From a virus, in the IMG/VR virus record IMGVR_UViG_3300037116_000074, positions 1-64,000 of that record: a stretch of 64,000 bases of DNA; one strand, 5' to 3'. A model generated the notes under the pieces. That model saw only the letters and a program-made list of their open reading frames with translations. It did not search any database and was not told the DNA's origin. Shown here piece after piece: positions 48,817-57,097 of this stretch; positions within the stretch are counted from its first letter, which is position 1; each line of letters begins with the position of its first letter. The position numbers and the translations under genes are program-made.

Positions 48817-49172
48817 AATTGCTCTTATTAACTAGCTGCATAATATTAGCAACATATTATGGAGGTGTTTCTGTGGGGCATGGTAAGCCGGGGCGCATTG
48901 GTATTAAGTATGATCCAGTGCGCCATCAAATAGTGCATGTGTATAGACATACGCCAGCTGCTGAAGCAGATTTAAAGCCGGGAGATATCATACTGCATGT
49001 GAATGCGGCCGATATTACTGGAGAAGCATTTACTTTTGTTAACTTGACGATTAAACGTAAGAATGTAATATTTAATGTCGAAATAGAACGTATACCGAAT
49101 GAGTGGGTTCATGAGCAACAAGAAGCCCCTGACACAGAAATCGACCCAAGAATCACGCCCAAAACAGCGTAA
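48813..49172 (+). CDS. Exported PDZ-domain protein
   Basis: MKLLLLTSCIILA leader; GRIGIKY...VYRHTPAAEADLKPGDIILHVN. Confidence 0.8.
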   Translation: MKLLLLTSCIILATYYGGVSVGHGKPGRIGIKYDPVRHQIVHVYRHTPAAEADLKPGDIILHVNAADITGEAFTFVNLTIKRKNVIFNVEIERIPNEWVHEQQEAPDTEIDPRITPKTA

Positions 49173-49539
49173 GACTATTTATTTAGCCGGGCAAATGTCC
49201 GGTGTGAAAAATCATAACTATCCTAAATTCTTCAGAGGGCAGGCTAGGCTGGAGAAAGCTGGCTATGAAGTAATTAATCCAGCCAGATTAAACACCGTAG
49301 GTGATGCCTGGAGCGATTGTTTGCGGAATGACATTCTACATATTGTAAAATATTGTGACGGAATTGCCCTCCTGGATGACTGGATGTTATCACGGGGTGC
49401 TAGATTAGAGTTAGCAATTGCATTAAGATTAGAAATGTTTGTAATTTCAGCGCACACGCTAAAACCAATGCATATTACATTAGATAAATTGTTCTTACAT
49501 CGCAAGAGGGGTGGATATGTCGCAAGATACAAAGGATAA
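49099..49539 (+). CDS. DUF4406 / nucleoside 2-deoxyribosyltransferase-like protein
   Basis: IYLAGQMSG..NYPKF, VINPA, CDGIALL..W..SRGARLE. Confidence 0.85.
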   Translation: MSGFMSNKKPLTQKSTQESRPKQRKTIYLAGQMSGVKNHNYPKFFRGQARLEKAGYEVINPARLNTVGDAWSDCLRNDILHIVKYCDGIALLDDWMLSRGARLELAIALRLEMFVISAHTLKPMHITLDKLFLHRKRGGYVARYKG

Positions 49540-50023
49540 GAAGCGTACAATACGACCACTGAATCAACGGTTGAAAGATGCAGCTAATCTACTAGCTGCG
49601 CCTAAATTATTTAGACCAATATTAGATAAGAATATATATGGTAATAATTCATTTGAAGATTTAGATGTACCAAAAGTTCATATCACTATCACTCCCGATC
49701 CGAACTATGATACCGGTGCAAAGAAAAACGATTCCGGTAAACTCCCTATTGATCTCATACCAGTACGCCCCTTATTGGATTTAGCAGCTGTTTTACAACA
49801 CGGGCAAATTAAATATGATGCCAACAACTGGCGTAATGGGTTTTTGTTTAGCCGTACCTATGCAGCAGCACAACGACATCTCCTAGCTTGGCATAGTGGT
49901 GAGGATAACGATTCTGATTCGGGGCTTAGTCATTTAATGCATGCAGCTTGTAATTTATTTTTTCTTTCAGAATTTATGACAACACATAAGGAATTAGATG
50001 ACAGGGTAAAACAAAATGACTAA
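49511..50023 (+). CDS. dATP/dGTP diphosphohydrolase-like protein (DUF5664)
   Basis: KNDSGKLPIDLIP, GQIKYDANNWRNG, AAQRHL, DSDSGLSHLMHAACN. Confidence 0.88.
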   Translation: MDMSQDTKDKKRTIRPLNQRLKDAANLLAAPKLFRPILDKNIYGNNSFEDLDVPKVHITITPDPNYDTGAKKNDSGKLPIDLIPVRPLLDLAAVLQHGQIKYDANNWRNGFLFSRTYAAAQRHLLAWHSGEDNDSDSGLSHLMHAACNLFFLSEFMTTHKELDDRVKQND

Positions 50024-50204
50024 AAATGAATTGAAATTAATCAAGAAAACTACATTAGTAGCGGCAATTGAATTGGTATGCCTTCACTTTCATGGACAAG
50101 GTGCTACTGAAGCTGAGCAGGCTGATTATTGGATTCGAAAAGCAATTATAGGTAAGAAAGGAATAGAAATTAATGCCGAAGAAACACAACCAGTATCTGA
50201 ATAA
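50016..50204 (+). CDS. Hypothetical protein
   Basis: Coupled small ORF. Confidence 0.45.
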   Translation: MTKNELKLIKKTTLVAAIELVCLHFHGQGATEAEQADYWIRKAIIGKKGIEINAEETQPVSE

Positions 50205-50691
50205 ACTCCTATTACTGATAACTCTGTTCGTAATTTGCGTACCATCATACGCAGAGTGCGTAACTATCCAGCGCGTCATAGATGGCGATACTGTTGTCAC
50301 CGAAGCTGGCGAACATGTACGCTTAGCGGAGATAGACGCTCCAGAGCATAATCAACGATTCGGGTATGAGTCCACACAATATCTTATTCATCTATTGGCA
50401 GTAACGGATAATGTTGTAGAACTAGATCGTGGCGATCACGATCGCTATGGACGAACTATTGGATTTTTGAATAGTAAGACTATAGGTTGCTTAAATTCTT
50501 TAATGGTTATGGATGGATACGCCTGGGTATATGTGAAATATGCTCACGATGCCGGTGTTTGGTATAGAGCAGAGAATCAGGCTAAATTTAATCATCTGGG
50601 GTTATGGATCGATAGAAATCCAGTGCCACCTTGGACGTTTAGGTTAATGGAGAAGCAACACTCTCCCATGCTGTATAGGATAAGACAATGA
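50173..50691 (+). CDS. Thermonuclease (SNase) with signal peptide
   Basis: RVIDGDTV, VRLAEIDAPE, DRYGRTIG, GLW....PPW; leader ending VPSYA. Confidence 0.93.
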   Translation: MPKKHNQYLNKLLLLITLFVICVPSYAECVTIQRVIDGDTVVTEAGEHVRLAEIDAPEHNQRFGYESTQYLIHLLAVTDNVVELDRGDHDRYGRTIGFLNSKTIGCLNSLMVMDGYAWVYVKYAHDAGVWYRAENQAKFNHLGLWIDRNPVPPWTFRLMEKQHSPMLYRIRQ

Positions 50692-50870
50692 ATAGGCTTG
50701 AAAAACAAGAACGATTATTCGCTATTACACAGCTAGCTAAAGCTATCTTCATAGAGAAAGCAAAACAAATTAGCTTTACGCAAGATGTGGATGTAAGCTT
50801 AATGGTAGCAGAATGTTTTATAGCGGCGGAGCAATTTCTAGATGGGCAAGAGGCTTATGCTAAAAAATAA
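50688..50870 (+). CDS. Hypothetical protein
   Basis: ATGA-coupled ORF. Confidence 0.45.
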   Translation: MNRLEKQERLFAITQLAKAIFIEKAKQISFTQDVDVSLMVAECFIAAEQFLDGQEAYAKK

Positions 50871-51306
50871 TAAATTATTAGTTCTTTTATTCCTAGTAAC
50901 TTTTATGTTACCAGCGACTGCCAGGCCGGCTATGCAAATATTCTATGGTGCCAAGGTGATGCATATCTGTAATGCCAATACCATTATTGTGAATGATTTA
51001 TACACGCATGAATTAGAGACAGTAATTATAGCCGGTACAATAGCACCGACTAATTTTAATCAGGATGATAATGGGAAGCGATACCTTACTACTATGATAC
51101 TGGGGCAAGAAGTAGATGTCTTGTCGTATGGGCACGACAAGTATGGTCGTGTTGTCGCAGATTTGAAAGATCATCGAAATTTATGGATATCATACGATTT
51201 GATTGCAGGTGGGTTCGTATATTGGAATAGAAGTCTAGGGTATGACTATACAGCAGAGCACTGTGAGAACTTTGCTAGGAAGCATCATAGTGGGGTGTGG
51301 AGGTAG
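50842..51306 (+). CDS. Degenerate thermonuclease paralog with signal peptide
   Basis: DKYGRVVA and GVW are retained; DGDT becomes NANT and RLxxIDAPE becomes IIAGTIAPT. Confidence 0.75.
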   Translation: MGKRLMLKNNKLLVLLFLVTFMLPATARPAMQIFYGAKVMHICNANTIIVNDLYTHELETVIIAGTIAPTNFNQDDNGKRYLTTMILGQEVDVLSYGHDKYGRVVADLKDHRNLWISYDLIAGGFVYWNRSLGYDYTAEHCENFARKHHSGVWR

Positions 51307-51308
51307 AT

Positions 51309-51824
51309 ATGCGTAATATCAATACATGCACATCCACAAATAATATCGCCAGAGCTGCTATTGATGATGGAAGAACGATAGATCTCATTGTAGCTCAGAA
51401 GCAAACGCATGCTTATGGTCGTAATCAGGATACTAAGTGGTATTCACCAGCAGGTGCTGGTATCTATATGTCAATCATAGTGCGGGAACCTAAGGGATAC
51501 TTAGTTACGGAAGACTGGTTTATCACAGAACGTATCGGGCATGCGCTGAAATGGAGTTTACGGACATTAACGCGATTGAATATCGAACAACGCGGAGTGA
51601 ATGATCTATTTGTAGATAATCGTAAAGTCGGTGGGGTACTATGTGAGATACATAAGGGATATCTAATTATAGGAATTGGTATTAATTTGTTCAGACCGAA
51701 GCGTGTTCCAGCGCCATATAACAAAACGGCTATCTGGTTGGATGAATTATTGCGGGCTGATGCAATCAGTGTGAAATATTACATAGATTCAATATTAAAT
51801 GAAGTCGTGAGGCTGGTAGTATAA
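51309..51824 (+). CDS. birA: Biotin-protein ligase (BirA catalytic domain only)
   Basis: STN, AQKQTHAYGR....WYSP..GIYMS, ND.....RKVGGVLCE, IIGIGINL; start ATG 51309 after SD GGAGG. Confidence 0.85.
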   Translation: MRNINTCTSTNNIARAAIDDGRTIDLIVAQKQTHAYGRNQDTKWYSPAGAGIYMSIIVREPKGYLVTEDWFITERIGHALKWSLRTLTRLNIEQRGVNDLFVDNRKVGGVLCEIHKGYLIIGIGINLFRPKRVPAPYNKTAIWLDELLRADAISVKYYIDSILNEVVRLVV

Positions 51825-51825
51825 G

Positions 51826-52080
51826 ATGCCGTACATCGAAAAACTAATGCGCAATGCAATTTTGCATCACACACTAGATGAGCTATGTGATGAAACGTGG
51901 ACGGATGGAGAAATCAATTATATGATTTCTATTTTACTGAAACGACAATTTTTTAATAACAAATGCTATGCAACTGCTAACAAATTAATTGGAGCAGTGG
52001 AATGTGCTAAACAAGAGTTTATTCGGCGATACTTGAATGCAATGGAGGATGAAAAGATAATCCAGAATGGCGACATCTAA
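51826..52080 (+). CDS. Conserved phage protein (DUF6899-like)
   Basis: MPYI...GEINY.I......IGAVECAKQEF.RR....ED.KI.QNGD. Confidence 0.7.
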   Translation: MPYIEKLMRNAILHHTLDELCDETWTDGEINYMISILLKRQFFNNKCYATANKLIGAVECAKQEFIRRYLNAMEDEKIIQNGDI

Positions 52081-52155
52081 TTGCTTATATTGTCAACTTT
52101 GTAAGAATTGTCATTTTGAAGAATATGATTTTAATCGTAGGAGGGATATCTAATC

Positions 52156-52314
52156 ATGGAAAATTGTACAAAATTTGCTGTTTGCTGGAATGATTATAGT
52201 AAAGTAGATCCTAATCAACGCGAATACTTCGAAACTATTGAAGATGCTATAGAATTTATAGCCAATGCTCCGGAAGATCTCCAGAAGTTCATGGTTATTA
52301 GGGAGTGCTATTAA
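52156..52314 (+). CDS. Small hypothetical protein
   Basis: SD GGAGG; MENCTKFAVCWNDY... Confidence 0.5.
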   Translation: MENCTKFAVCWNDYSKVDPNQREYFETIEDAIEFIANAPEDLQKFMVIRECY

Positions 52315-52898
52315 TGCGTGGTCGGCCGCTAAAAGTAATTGAATATCCCTTGAAGGAGTGTTTGGACTGTCATTACCGCAAGCCTTTGGATGATTTTGTT
52401 TGCTCCAGGTATAAATACGAAACGGTTTGTCGAATATACTACAGTTCGTTTTGTAGACATTGTGGCCGCTTGCGCCATGCAGAGACAATTCGAACACCTG
52501 AATCCATCACTAGGTTTCGAAAAAACTACAGAGCCAAGCAGAAGGCTAGAAATGGATGTTATACATGTGGAGTTAAGTTAGCCCAAACCCCGCCCAATCT
52601 ATGTGTTGGGTGTTATGTATCTGCGTGGATGTATAAGAATAAGCATTATATGAGGGTGCAGTATAAGGCAGTTCAGACGGTTCAAGCTAGTTTGACAGAC
52701 CTGTTGTCATTACCTGGATCTCATAAGTACCCGGAATACAGGTTGATGCTGAAAATCCCGCCTTCTGTTAAGTTGAATTTAATATTAACAGCTAATGATT
52801 TCTTCTGGACAGATAAGCGTCCAAAGCATAGAATACTTAATTATGATAAAGCCACATGGGCACAGCGGTTTAAGAAAAAGGAATTGGTGTTATGTTAG
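52305..52898 (+). CDS. Zn-ribbon protein, degenerate relative of HNH family A
   Basis: Same CxxC...F...CxxC...CxxC...CxxC N-terminus; the HNH motif is eroded (MLKIPP...NDFFWT). Confidence 0.55.
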   Translation: MLLMRGRPLKVIEYPLKECLDCHYRKPLDDFVCSRYKYETVCRIYYSSFCRHCGRLRHAETIRTPESITRFRKNYRAKQKARNGCYTCGVKLAQTPPNLCVGCYVSAWMYKNKHYMRVQYKAVQTVQASLTDLLSLPGSHKYPEYRLMLKIPPSVKLNLILTANDFFWTDKRPKHRILNYDKATWAQRFKKKELVLC

Positions 52899-53095
52899 AA
52901 GAAGATCCGTATACAGTTGTGTGGACAAAGAAAGAGCTTATCGATAACTTGAATAAGATTGCCAAGCAGTATGGGTTCGATGATTACGTAGGTTTGCAAG
53001 GCTATATTCATAATCTGAAGTCATTAGATTGTTTAAAAGCGCCACTATTATTAACGGCTGAAAGTTGTTTTCACTTATTAGGTGAACAATGCTAA
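52892..53095 (+). CDS. Hypothetical protein
   Basis: Coupled small ORF. Confidence 0.45.
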   Translation: MLEEDPYTVVWTKKELIDNLNKIAKQYGFDDYVGLQGYIHNLKSLDCLKAPLLLTAESCFHLLGEQC

Positions 53096-53328
53096 GAGTC
53101 ACAGTAGAACTATTTCCCCACGGACAAGTTAAGCGCGGCATAATACTCAGTCAGGTGTTTATTACAAATGATGGTAGTGGTACACCGAAGCTGGGTAATT
53201 ATCATGTGACGGATAGTGTTCATAGTATTGGAGTGGCGGGACATGCTAGGGCGAAGAATGTCTTATCATTGGTGGGTAAGGCTTTGATGAAGTTAGCAAG
53301 AACAAAGGTGGCTGTATATGAATCATAG
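53089..53328 (+). CDS. Phage hypothetical protein
   Basis: MLRVTVEL.P.G....I.NDGSGT...GNY. Confidence 0.55.
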   Translation: MLRVTVELFPHGQVKRGIILSQVFITNDGSGTPKLGNYHVTDSVHSIGVAGHARAKNVLSLVGKALMKLARTKVAVYES

Positions 53329-53608
53329 TCCGGAGCCGTGGTCTATCGGTGGGGAGTGTTGGGTTATGCCTGATGGGGTTGATCTGAATAATAATATTTC
53401 AGGTGATGATGGATTATCGGTTTGTAGGGATATATTGCAACCCAATGCTGAGCGTATCGTGGCTTGTGTAAATGCCTGTCGGGGCATACCAACAAAGCAT
53501 TTGGAGGAAGTAATTTGGACTGGCAAAAGACAATATGCGGATGAGTATCAACGTGCGGTTCGATTTGGGCTTAAGTATGACCCCTTTCCTGAAGAGCAGG
53601 GAGAATGA
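53318..53608 (+). CDS. Phage hypothetical protein
   Basis: HSPEPW...NAERIVACVNAC.GIPT. Confidence 0.6.
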   Translation: MNHSPEPWSIGGECWVMPDGVDLNNNISGDDGLSVCRDILQPNAERIVACVNACRGIPTKHLEEVIWTGKRQYADEYQRAVRFGLKYDPFPEEQGE

Positions 53609-54204
53609 ACTGGTGACATTTTGTAACCAACTGGCTTGTCGGGGAAAGTGTCGGGATTAGATGGGACCCGAAACGTAATCAGGAGTTCGGTTTCGAAGTT
53701 TTTTGAAAATTTTACTATGACCACCCTAAACGGATTTCGATTTTCCAAATAAAAGTTTTTTCAAAAATAAGGGACCCGAACGTTGTTCTGGGACCCCCTC
53801 CCACCTGTGAGAAGCTGCATATAAGTGACCTACCCCCCCCCTCCCCGTACCCCTAACCCGCACTGCGCCAGGCTATCAGCTCACCATACACCACATATGG
53901 TGGCATACATACGCATACCATACAGCACACATATGTATACATAGCTATATATAACTGTGTTAAGACACAGCACACAGCGTTACCTATACAGTAACGTTAC
54001 ATGCTGTCACTTAACTACTACTATGTGTACATATGTGACGTACAATGCTTAATAACTGTTGGCTATGCAGTGGTGCATGAGATGATAATCATATACACAC
54101 GGGGACAATACAATGATTAACTTACTACTATCTATATTAAGCAGGCTATTATACAAGCCCGCATGCAAGCAAGGGGTATGCTCTACCACATGGCGACCTA
54201 TTGA

Positions 54205-54246
54205 ACCCACGCTTAAACGCTAATCACCCACGCTTAAACGCTGATT
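54205..54246. repeat. 21-bp tandem repeat
   Basis: ACCCACGCTTAAACGCT(A/G)AT twice in tandem. Confidence 0.7.
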
Positions 54247-54544
54247 ACCAAGTGGTCATGCTGGCAGGGATGCTAGAGTGCGGGGCAGTACCGCAAGCAG
54301 CGAACATATAAAATGTAACGTTATTGCCGGATATCTATCAAGATATCTGGCATATGCGTTACATAAGAGGGCACTTGTACATATTGGTTGTCAAGTGCTG
54401 TACAAAGTGGGTAGGTTTGTATCAATTAAGGTAAACTATGCCACTTGACAAGTGTGCGTATTGTCGACAATATGAATGAAATATGCCTTATTGAGAATAG
54501 GTCTTATTGAGAATAACTTATGCGAAAAAGGGGCAAAAAGGGGC

Positions 54545-54840
54545 TGCACAAAGATCCGCACAAATAATGCGCACAGTAGTATATAAGTGACATATTAAAG
54601 CGCGAAAGCGCCACGGGCTGGCAAAGTAGAAAGAATTAGGGTAAATGTAGAGTAGTGGAATAAGTGAGAATGTGCGGATCTTTGGGTATATTAGTGTTTA
54701 TATTACATTAAGTCTCTTTTTTCTTTACATAGTACTATAGTAATAATGCGCACAATGCGCACATTAATGCTGGCAACAGTACATATATGGGCAATACAAG
54801 AATGTGCGCATTATTTAAAGTACTGCACAATAGCGCACAA
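54545..54840. repeat. Iteron-like GCACA cluster with long inverted repeats
   Basis: AAAGATCCGCACA ... TGTGCGGATCTTT; AAATAATGCGCACA ... TGTGCGCATTATTT; AATGCGCACAATGCGCACA. Confidence 0.65.
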
Positions 54841-54894
54841 AGGGCTTAAACGTAATTAAATTGATTAAATTCATTTATTAAGTATAATTTTCAT

Positions 54895-55350
54895 ATGAAT
54901 ACTTCAATTCAGTTAAAACTATTACCCATAGCTTATCTATTAACCCTAATATCATTACCTATAAGTTATGCTGCTCCGATATCTGGCTATGTATCTAATG
55001 ATCCCGCGCTGTGTAAACAAATAGCAGTACCAGATAAGCGATGTCCTATTAAGACAGGTAAGTTATCAGTCACTCAGATAAGGGGCTTCATTGGCATACG
55101 TTACGAATATGCGACAGGTAGAATAACTTACGAATATCCCGAAACAGATCTACGTCACTTTGATATTCATGTTGGTGACTATATTGTTAAAATTGAAAAG
55201 GAATTATATCAGCCATGTCGCATGACAAATATCGTTCTCTATCCTGCCGGTTTTATACTTTCATTAACAATTCGAACTAAAGAAGGGAAAATCAGAACTA
55301 TTCCCGTGAAATTAATACCTATGAGTAATTTTAAGCAGGATGACTCATGA
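54895..55350 (+). CDS. Exported PDZ-like protein
   Basis: Leader ending LPISYA; GFIGIRY...IHVGDYIVKI...LTIRT. Confidence 0.6.
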   Translation: MNTSIQLKLLPIAYLLTLISLPISYAAPISGYVSNDPALCKQIAVPDKRCPIKTGKLSVTQIRGFIGIRYEYATGRITYEYPETDLRHFDIHVGDYIVKIEKELYQPCRMTNIVLYPAGFILSLTIRTKEGKIRTIPVKLIPMSNFKQDDS

Positions 55351-55460
55351 ATAACATAATAGAACATCTTCCCAGCCCTTGTATTCAATTTAAACAGTAT
55401 TAGGTAGACCTCTATCAAGCAGTCAATCATATCGTGCCTTTAACGGGCAGTTAGCTCACC

Positions 55461-55499
55461 TATGCGTAATTACGCATAACCCATTAATACTTACGCATA
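55461..55499. promoter_or_regulatory. Perfect 18-bp palindrome plus a half-site (operator-like)
   Basis: TATGCGTAATTACGCATA at 55461-55478 and TTACGCATA at 55491-55499, upstream of the small-gene cluster. Confidence 0.55.
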
Positions 55500-55592
55500 A
55501 TCATTAAGTTATAAGCTATCAATCATTAATATTGCTTGCAATGTAGACTTGGATACTACATAGTGGATATACGTCACTAAGGAGTAGACAAC

Positions 55593-55784
55593 ATGAAAAC
55601 AAAAGCAATCGCCGTATTAGGCAGACCTACTAATGTCAGCGTAATAGCTAGACAAGAAATGTATGAACATAAGCAGCACATAAAGGGCTTGGAAAATAGA
55701 ATTGAAGTTCTAACAATGCACATGAGAGATAACGATAAGCTAATAACACTAGCCGATAACTATAGATCTAGAACCATTGGATAA
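55593..55784 (+). CDS. Small early-type hypothetical protein
   Basis: Strong SD TAAGGAG. Confidence 0.6.
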   Translation: MKTKAIAVLGRPTNVSVIARQEMYEHKQHIKGLENRIEVLTMHMRDNDKLITLADNYRSRTIG

Positions 55785-55810
55785 TCAATTGATGACAACT
55801 AATAATGCCT

Positions 55811-55842
55811 AGGGCAGTGATGTAATGTTACTGCCCTTATTA
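55811..55842 (+). terminator. Intrinsic terminator-like hairpin
   Basis: AGGGCAGTGA...TTACTGCCCT followed by TATTATT. Confidence 0.55.
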
Positions 55843-56019
55843 TTACGATATGTAAACAGATTATTAACTAATCACCATGTAAGCATAGCCGCTTGATATA
55901 ACAGAAGTATCGAAGCAATGAGGTGCAACAAACATGAAAGACTTAAGCTTACAAGCAATTTTAGACCGATACTTACTACAAATAGAATCAAACTGGTTAA
56001 TCAGTAAAGCAGGCATATA

Positions 56020-56304
56020 ATGCTATCAACAGGACTACAACAAAGCGGCAAGCAAGGTTATATTAACCTAGTTGAACAATTAGAGACTGCAAAATTAGCA
56101 TTAGATAATGCCGCTAGTATTGTCTACACATCTGATTCTCAATTTATATTCGATAAATACCATACTGTATTACATAATTTAGCTTGCGACGTCGCTAGTA
56201 TTAGCGGCGCAATGGATAGATTAGGCTATCGGTCTGATACCGATATTACTCATATAGCCATTGGCGGTATGGATCGTAGTACATGGGAACACCTACGCAA
56301 ATAA
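56020..56304 (+). CDS. Hypothetical protein
   Basis: 94 aa ORF in the small-gene cluster. Confidence 0.5.
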   Translation: MLSTGLQQSGKQGYINLVEQLETAKLALDNAASIVYTSDSQFIFDKYHTVLHNLACDVASISGAMDRLGYRSDTDITHIAIGGMDRSTWEHLRK

Positions 56305-56316
56305 GAGGTTATTAAC

Positions 56317-56508
56317 ATGCTCACACATGAATACATTAAACAAGAGTTCGAACAAGTTCAAAGCCTAGGCTGTAATCCAGAACGCGAATTATATTTAGAT
56401 TTTTTTAAAGCAGTCAGCACTAAGCAGGATGACTTAGCCAATACATTAGGCGCTCTATTGAAAGTGCAACAATTACTATGCTTAGATGAATATGTTATAA
56501 GGAGTTAA
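56317..56508 (+). CDS. Hypothetical protein
   Basis: SD GAGG. Confidence 0.55.
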   Translation: MLTHEYIKQEFEQVQSLGCNPERELYLDFFKAVSTKQDDLANTLGALLKVQQLLCLDEYVIRS

Positions 56509-56512
56509 GAAT

Positions 56513-56683
56513 ATGAAAACAATTTGCCTACTCAAAGCAAACAACCATTGGATTACTATAAAAGAATTATTAGGTACATATCTAATATTCTTGAATGATC
56601 AACAGTTTGATATGCCCTTCATAGACCGTATGGATGCTTTTATAAGTGCCACTAGATTACAGAAAATACTATTAAGAAAATAA
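56513..56683 (+). CDS. Hypothetical protein
   Basis: SD AAGGAG; 56 aa. Confidence 0.5.
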   Translation: MKTICLLKANNHWITIKELLGTYLIFLNDQQFDMPFIDRMDAFISATRLQKILLRK

Positions 56684-56692
56684 GAGGATATT

Positions 56693-57088
56693 ATGTTGGT
56701 TAGAATTATTGCTCTATTGATTATCTTCAGTTTAGTTCATCTACCAGCGCTAGCGGATTTTATTACTACCGCTAATCCAAAATGGATTGGTGTTAGTGTA
56801 AGAATATCATCAGATGCATGTAATGGTCATAATGATACCATAGCGGTCAAAACGATAGATTCGTTCACTGAGATTCTTATGGCTAGTCAATGCCATGATG
56901 ATAATCATGTAAAACAATTATTTGCGCAAGGTCACGCTATGCTATTAGCCCCTAATACACTAGGTATTGTGGAAGGCGTACAGGGTAGTTGCTATTATGT
57001 TTATATTGGTACTGGACAATGGGCACATCAATATGTATGGATTCTGGATAATGGTCATCCCCTGCACACATTTAAAATATATCAATAA
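56693..57088 (+). CDS. Exported protein
   Basis: MLVRIIALLIIFSLVHLPALA| signal peptide. Confidence 0.65.
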   Translation: MLVRIIALLIIFSLVHLPALADFITTANPKWIGVSVRISSDACNGHNDTIAVKTIDSFTEILMASQCHDDNHVKQLFAQGHAMLLAPNTLGIVEGVQGSCYYVYIGTGQWAHQYVWILDNGHPLHTFKIYQ

Positions 57089-57097
57089 GGAGTACTC

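Larger units (their letters stand above)
53610..54880. other. Long non-coding region, probable packaging/terminus site and/or replication origin
   Basis: GGGACCC x3, poly-C tract near 53833, A/T tracts, tandem and inverted repeats, clustered GCACA motifs. Confidence 0.55.

Noticed and set aside
54598-54630. GCGCGAAAGCGC hairpin as part of a c-di-GMP riboswitch
   Set aside because: Only a GNRA hairpin is present; the other conserved elements are missing
53610-54880. Possible CRISPR array in the long non-coding region
   Set aside because: The repeats are tandem pairs or inverted, with no regular repeat-spacer periodicity
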